DNA of 64,000 nt from Octopus sinensis (taxonomy: Eukaryota): the NCBI RefSeq assembly GCF_006345805.1, contig NC_043008.1, positions 23,064,001 through 23,128,000 of the forward strand. The letters run 5' to 3'. Shown here in pieces: positions 59,963 through 64,000 of this stretch. Within the stretch, counting starts at the first letter, position 1. Every line of letters begins with the position of its first letter. The position numbers were made by a program, and so were the translations under genes. The notes under the pieces were generated by a model. The model ran no database searches. It was given only the letters and a program-made list of their open reading frames with translations, and was not told where the DNA came from.

Positions 59963-62900
59963 TGTAGTGTGATGGAGGAAAAAGACAACAGAAAAAGAAG
60001 CAAATGGGAGAAAGAAATACAAAAGGCCTTACCTGTTGACCTAGGTGGGATAAGCGATCACTGTCAAGAAATAAACATGTCCTTACATGCTGCTGTCTCT
60101 ACTCGAACTGCCTGCACATGCTTCCTGCCCACACATGCCCCGTGGCTGTTCCACCGGCCCCAGTAGACGGAAGTCTTCACTTCTGTCTACCTCATCTGCA
60201 ATCCTCTCCACCAACACCACGTAGATCATCACAGCCCATAACACCACAAACACCACATGCCCCTCTGATCTATAGATCATTCAACTGGCTTTCCCACTCA
60301 CTCTTCGCTCTCGAACTCACACCTTAACTGGTTTCATAATCAGCTAATCAGGGAGGAGGGTGCCACTCCCTCTGTGGTCGCTGTGCAACCCTGGGACTGG
60401 CCTGCGTTCCTGGCATACTGCTGCTGGCTTCATCATCTTGCCTACTGATGCTGTCTTCATCTTCTTGCCTACTGTTGCTGTCTTCATCTTCTTGCCCACT
60501 GCTGCTGGTTCCATCCTCTAAGGCATTGACAATCTTCTGCACATCCAAAACATGGCGTGGCATACCATCGACACAGACATTGTTCTTTGAATTGATGGAG
60601 ATTATTGTTCTCTTTTCCCACCGTGATGTACACCGTGCATTTGGGGTTTTTACCCAAACTTCTTCCCCAACCTGCACGAAGGTATGCTCTTCCTTTGCAC
60701 CGGGTCGCATTGATGCAGTACATGGATGCCTCCACTCGTACCTGAATATTGCCCTGTGTGGAACCAACTCCCCAGCCTGTCCTGACCTGGGTGACATATT
60801 GTACCAAAATACAGCCGTGATTGGTGAAATGTGGCCCCTCTCTGCCATGGTCTTGATGGTACGATGATGCCTTTCTACTACCCCATTTCCACTTGGCTGG
60901 TATGCTGCCCTGAAGAAGCGGTTGACCTGTCACCCATCAAGCATTTCTTTCAGCACCTCCGAGTGAAATGCAGTGCCATTATCCAGAAGCAGCTCATCCA
61001 TGGAGCCTCGTTCCAGGAATAATTCATTTAGTACTTTCACGAGTTCCTCTGTGGTCCCCATCTTCATCTCACTCCATATGGCCAACCGCCCCGGTCCACA
61101 GTCAACCATTGAGAGGTATGTCCCCTGCTGGTAGTGTGTTATGTCCACTGCCAGTCGTTTCCAGTCGTGGTCTACTGGAATACTTCCCGCCTCATGTATG
61201 CCTGGAGCAGGGTCGATGGACTGGCACCTGTCACAGCTGCTAATCACTCTCTGCATGCTCTGTCTTGTTACATCGGAGTCGACTTTCCTGGCTAGGAACA
61301 ACATCCTGTCCACCCCCATGTGATGCATGGTATGCAATCTCCTCAACTCCGAGTCACTCAGACGGCATACTGCAGCCACAGCCTTCTCCGCATCCTCTGG
61401 CACCTGCAACCAGGCTCGCTTTACCCTGGTCAGGATGTCTGCCCTGTTCTTCTCAGAAGGCACAAAGATCACACTCAGCCTCAGATCAAACTCAGCGGTT
61501 AGTTCACGTAGTATCCCCAATCGACACTTTACCAACATCTCTGTGGCCCCTTTGGTTCGCACCCTCCACTGATTGGTGATGACTGCTGTTACCCAACCAA
61601 GTACAGTGGTTGAATCGGTCCTGATTTCTATGGTGCGCAGCCCCCCCCCCCCACTTCAAGGCTAGGTTCCTTCCTTTCAACACGGCATCCAACTCCGCCA
61701 CATTGATATAAATTGCAGTCATCCGTCTTCCTGAGCCAGGCTGCATCTTTCACCACGATGCCTCCCACTTCCAAGACAACTCTTATTGCGATGCTACTGG
61801 CATTACACCATACAATCCTGCTCTTTGCTTTGGGAACATACCAACTGCCTCTCACCGGATCCTCTGCTCTCACTCTGACCAAGACTTCCTGTATCATGTC
61901 GGTCGTCTTCTCCTCCACTCTATCATTCTACTTTGCTCCTTCGGCTCGTCTCTTGATGATAAATGCACTTCTATTGATTCAAAGGGACAACTACCAGCGC
62001 AGTTTCCCCACAGACATTCGCTGGCTATATGTCCTGTTTCTCGACACCGGTAGCAAATGACCTCAGGCTTGGGTGACTTGCAGTCTTGTACCATGTGCGG
62101 GCCCTGACACCGGAAACACTATCCTTTGAATGGTCGCACACGTTCCTTGTTTGACTCCTCTCCGCTACTCCTTGCTCAGCCACTTTTCATTGTTGCAGTT
62201 GCTGTTACCGGCGGTCTTGCAATATGAAACTAGCACACGAGCCCAAGATACAATGTCTGCCATCGCCATAGAATTAATGTTCGGCAGCTTTTGCAACTGA
62301 ACCGACATGTGGTCAGGAAAGTGTTTCACAAACGCTAACTTAACCGTTTGGTCCAGTGATTCTCCCTCATATCCTGCCAGTTTAGTCAATCTTCTGAGTT
62401 CATTCGCAAATACGTCGACCTGTTCATCAGTCCATTTTGCTTTCCCCAGGCGAGCATACACTTCGAACACTCTCTCTGTAAAGTCCTCCATCAAATGGGT
62501 TCCTATTTTTTCCATGCTAATTTGGGCACTCTCTTCCATTTCTAGGTACAGTGCCAACGCCGAACCATCTAGGTACAGCGGCATAAAACTCGTTAAGTCG
62601 TTTATATCGTGGAGCTTCGCCACCAACTTCATCTCCTTCAACTAAGTGACTACATCCGTGTCACTGCAAAATGGTTTGATCATATTGTTCAAAATACGGA
62701 CTACACTCATCAGTTTTTTTTTTTTTTTTTTATGGGCCGAAATAGCTTGTAGTGTGATGGAGGAAGAAGACAACAGGAAAAGAAGCTAACAGGAGAAAGA
62801 AATACAAAGACCTTAGCTGTTGACCCAGGCAAGATGAGCAATCACTGTCAAGAAATAAACATGTCCTTACACGCTGCCGTCTCTGCTCGAACTGTCCAAC

Positions 62901-63035
62901 ATGTGCTCCCTGCCCACACGTGCCCCATGGCTGTTCCACCGGCACCTGCAGTCTTCACTTCCGTCTACCTCATCTGCAATCCTCTCCACCAACACCAAAT
63001 AGCTCATCACAGCCCATAACACCATAAACACCATA
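59963..63035 (-). mobile_element. Internally deleted Gypsy LTR element (gag, RNase H, integrase; no protease/RT), TSD CAAAC
   Basis: LTRs 59963-60257 and 62748-63035; PPT agaggggca; gag 62165..62641 plus CYRCRETGHIASEC knuckle; RNase H AELDAV..G..LAL..W; integrase HMGV..CDRC, LAVDIT, LLDNG. Confidence 0.92.
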
Positions 63036-63429
63036 CAAACTAATCTATCATTTGTTTAATGTGCTGGTTAAACAGTCAATTGGTAGTTTGTTAATCAAAG
63101 TTCTTTTTTTACTGTTCACAACCTTTTCTGTGACTTAGTGACTTCCCCTTCATTCCAAAATCTGCTCTTTCATTTGTTAGTTTTTTTCATTACATTTTTC
63201 CAAATAACTGTACTTTCATTAGTTTTATTTCTAGCCATATGAGGGTTTTTATTATATTTATTGCTTGTTCCAAATTCTATAGAAAATCTGTAGAGATAAT
63301 TTAAAAGTAATTGTATCACACTATACTTGGTAGTATATTATAGTTACAAAATGAAATATGGTGTCCCTGCCAGCAATTAATATGATAGATAAGGTGGTTA
63401 AGTACATAAACAGAGGGAATGCTGTGTGT

Positions 63430-63830
63430 CCCCTGGCATGACTGTGTGGTAAGAAGCTTGCTTCCCAGCTTTGTGGTTTCATGTTCAATTCACTTTGGAG
63501 ACCAAGGGGTGACCAAAGCCTTGTGAATGAATCTGGAAGACGGAAGCTGAAAGAAGCCTGTCGTGTGTGTGTGTGCATGCAAGTATATGTGTGTGAATAT
63601 GTGTGGAGGGAGGCTGAATGTTACTGTCTCCTTGCCTTGACATAATGTGATAGTTGTAAGCAAGTGCAGTAAATGTCACAGTCATGCAACCGGTGTCCTT
63701 TACTTTCAATTTTCCATATCTGATCATGGGAGAATATTATCTCACTTGGAAATAAGTGAGAGTTAGTGACAGGAAGGGCACCTGGCCATAGAAAATCTGC
63801 TTCAACAAATTTCATTCAACCCATGTAATT
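63430..63830 (+). mobile_element. tRNA-related composite SINE
   Basis: ggcatgactgtgtggtaagaagcttgcttccc head, (GT)n middle, 3' end gacaggaagggcacctggccatagaaa..(GAT)n similar to the RTE tail. Confidence 0.65.
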
Positions 63831-63962
63831 ATGGAAAAGTGAACATTAAACCAATGATGATGATATACATGCACTGACATGCCTATGATGAGGTTCAGGC
63901 AGATCTGTGTGGTTAAGAAGTTTGCCTCTCAATCACGATTTCAGTTCCACTACATATATATA

Positions 63963-64000
<38 letters not shown>

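Overview
AT-rich eukaryotic genomic DNA dense in microsatellites. The (TA)n/(CA)n load, (GAT)n-tailed RTE LINEs and SINE families suggest an octopod cephalopod (inference). The window is mostly nested transposons: several RTE LINEs (one near full length), two TSD-bounded Gypsy LTR elements, Penelope-like elements (PLEs), tandem R4/Dong-like RLE elements, Tc1/mariner copies, a FLYWCH-MULE, a head-to-tail array of non-autonomous Helitrons and SINEs. These appear to sit in introns of an unidentified + strand host gene with 2 strong and 2 candidate small exons. Highlights: (1) two divergent 1.7-1.9 kb TSD-bounded elements encoding only an L1/Tx1-type ORF1 (zinc knuckle, no RT/EN; HAL1-like), both inserted in sense orientation upstream of a hammerhead ribozyme (HHR) motif, one with its 25-bp TSD ending exactly at the CUGAUGA core; (2) a ~330-bp TSD-flanked non-coding HHR retroelement in two copies; (3) seven near-canonical type I hammerhead motifs in several unrelated sequence families plus mutated ones. 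All assignments were made by eye, without database searches.
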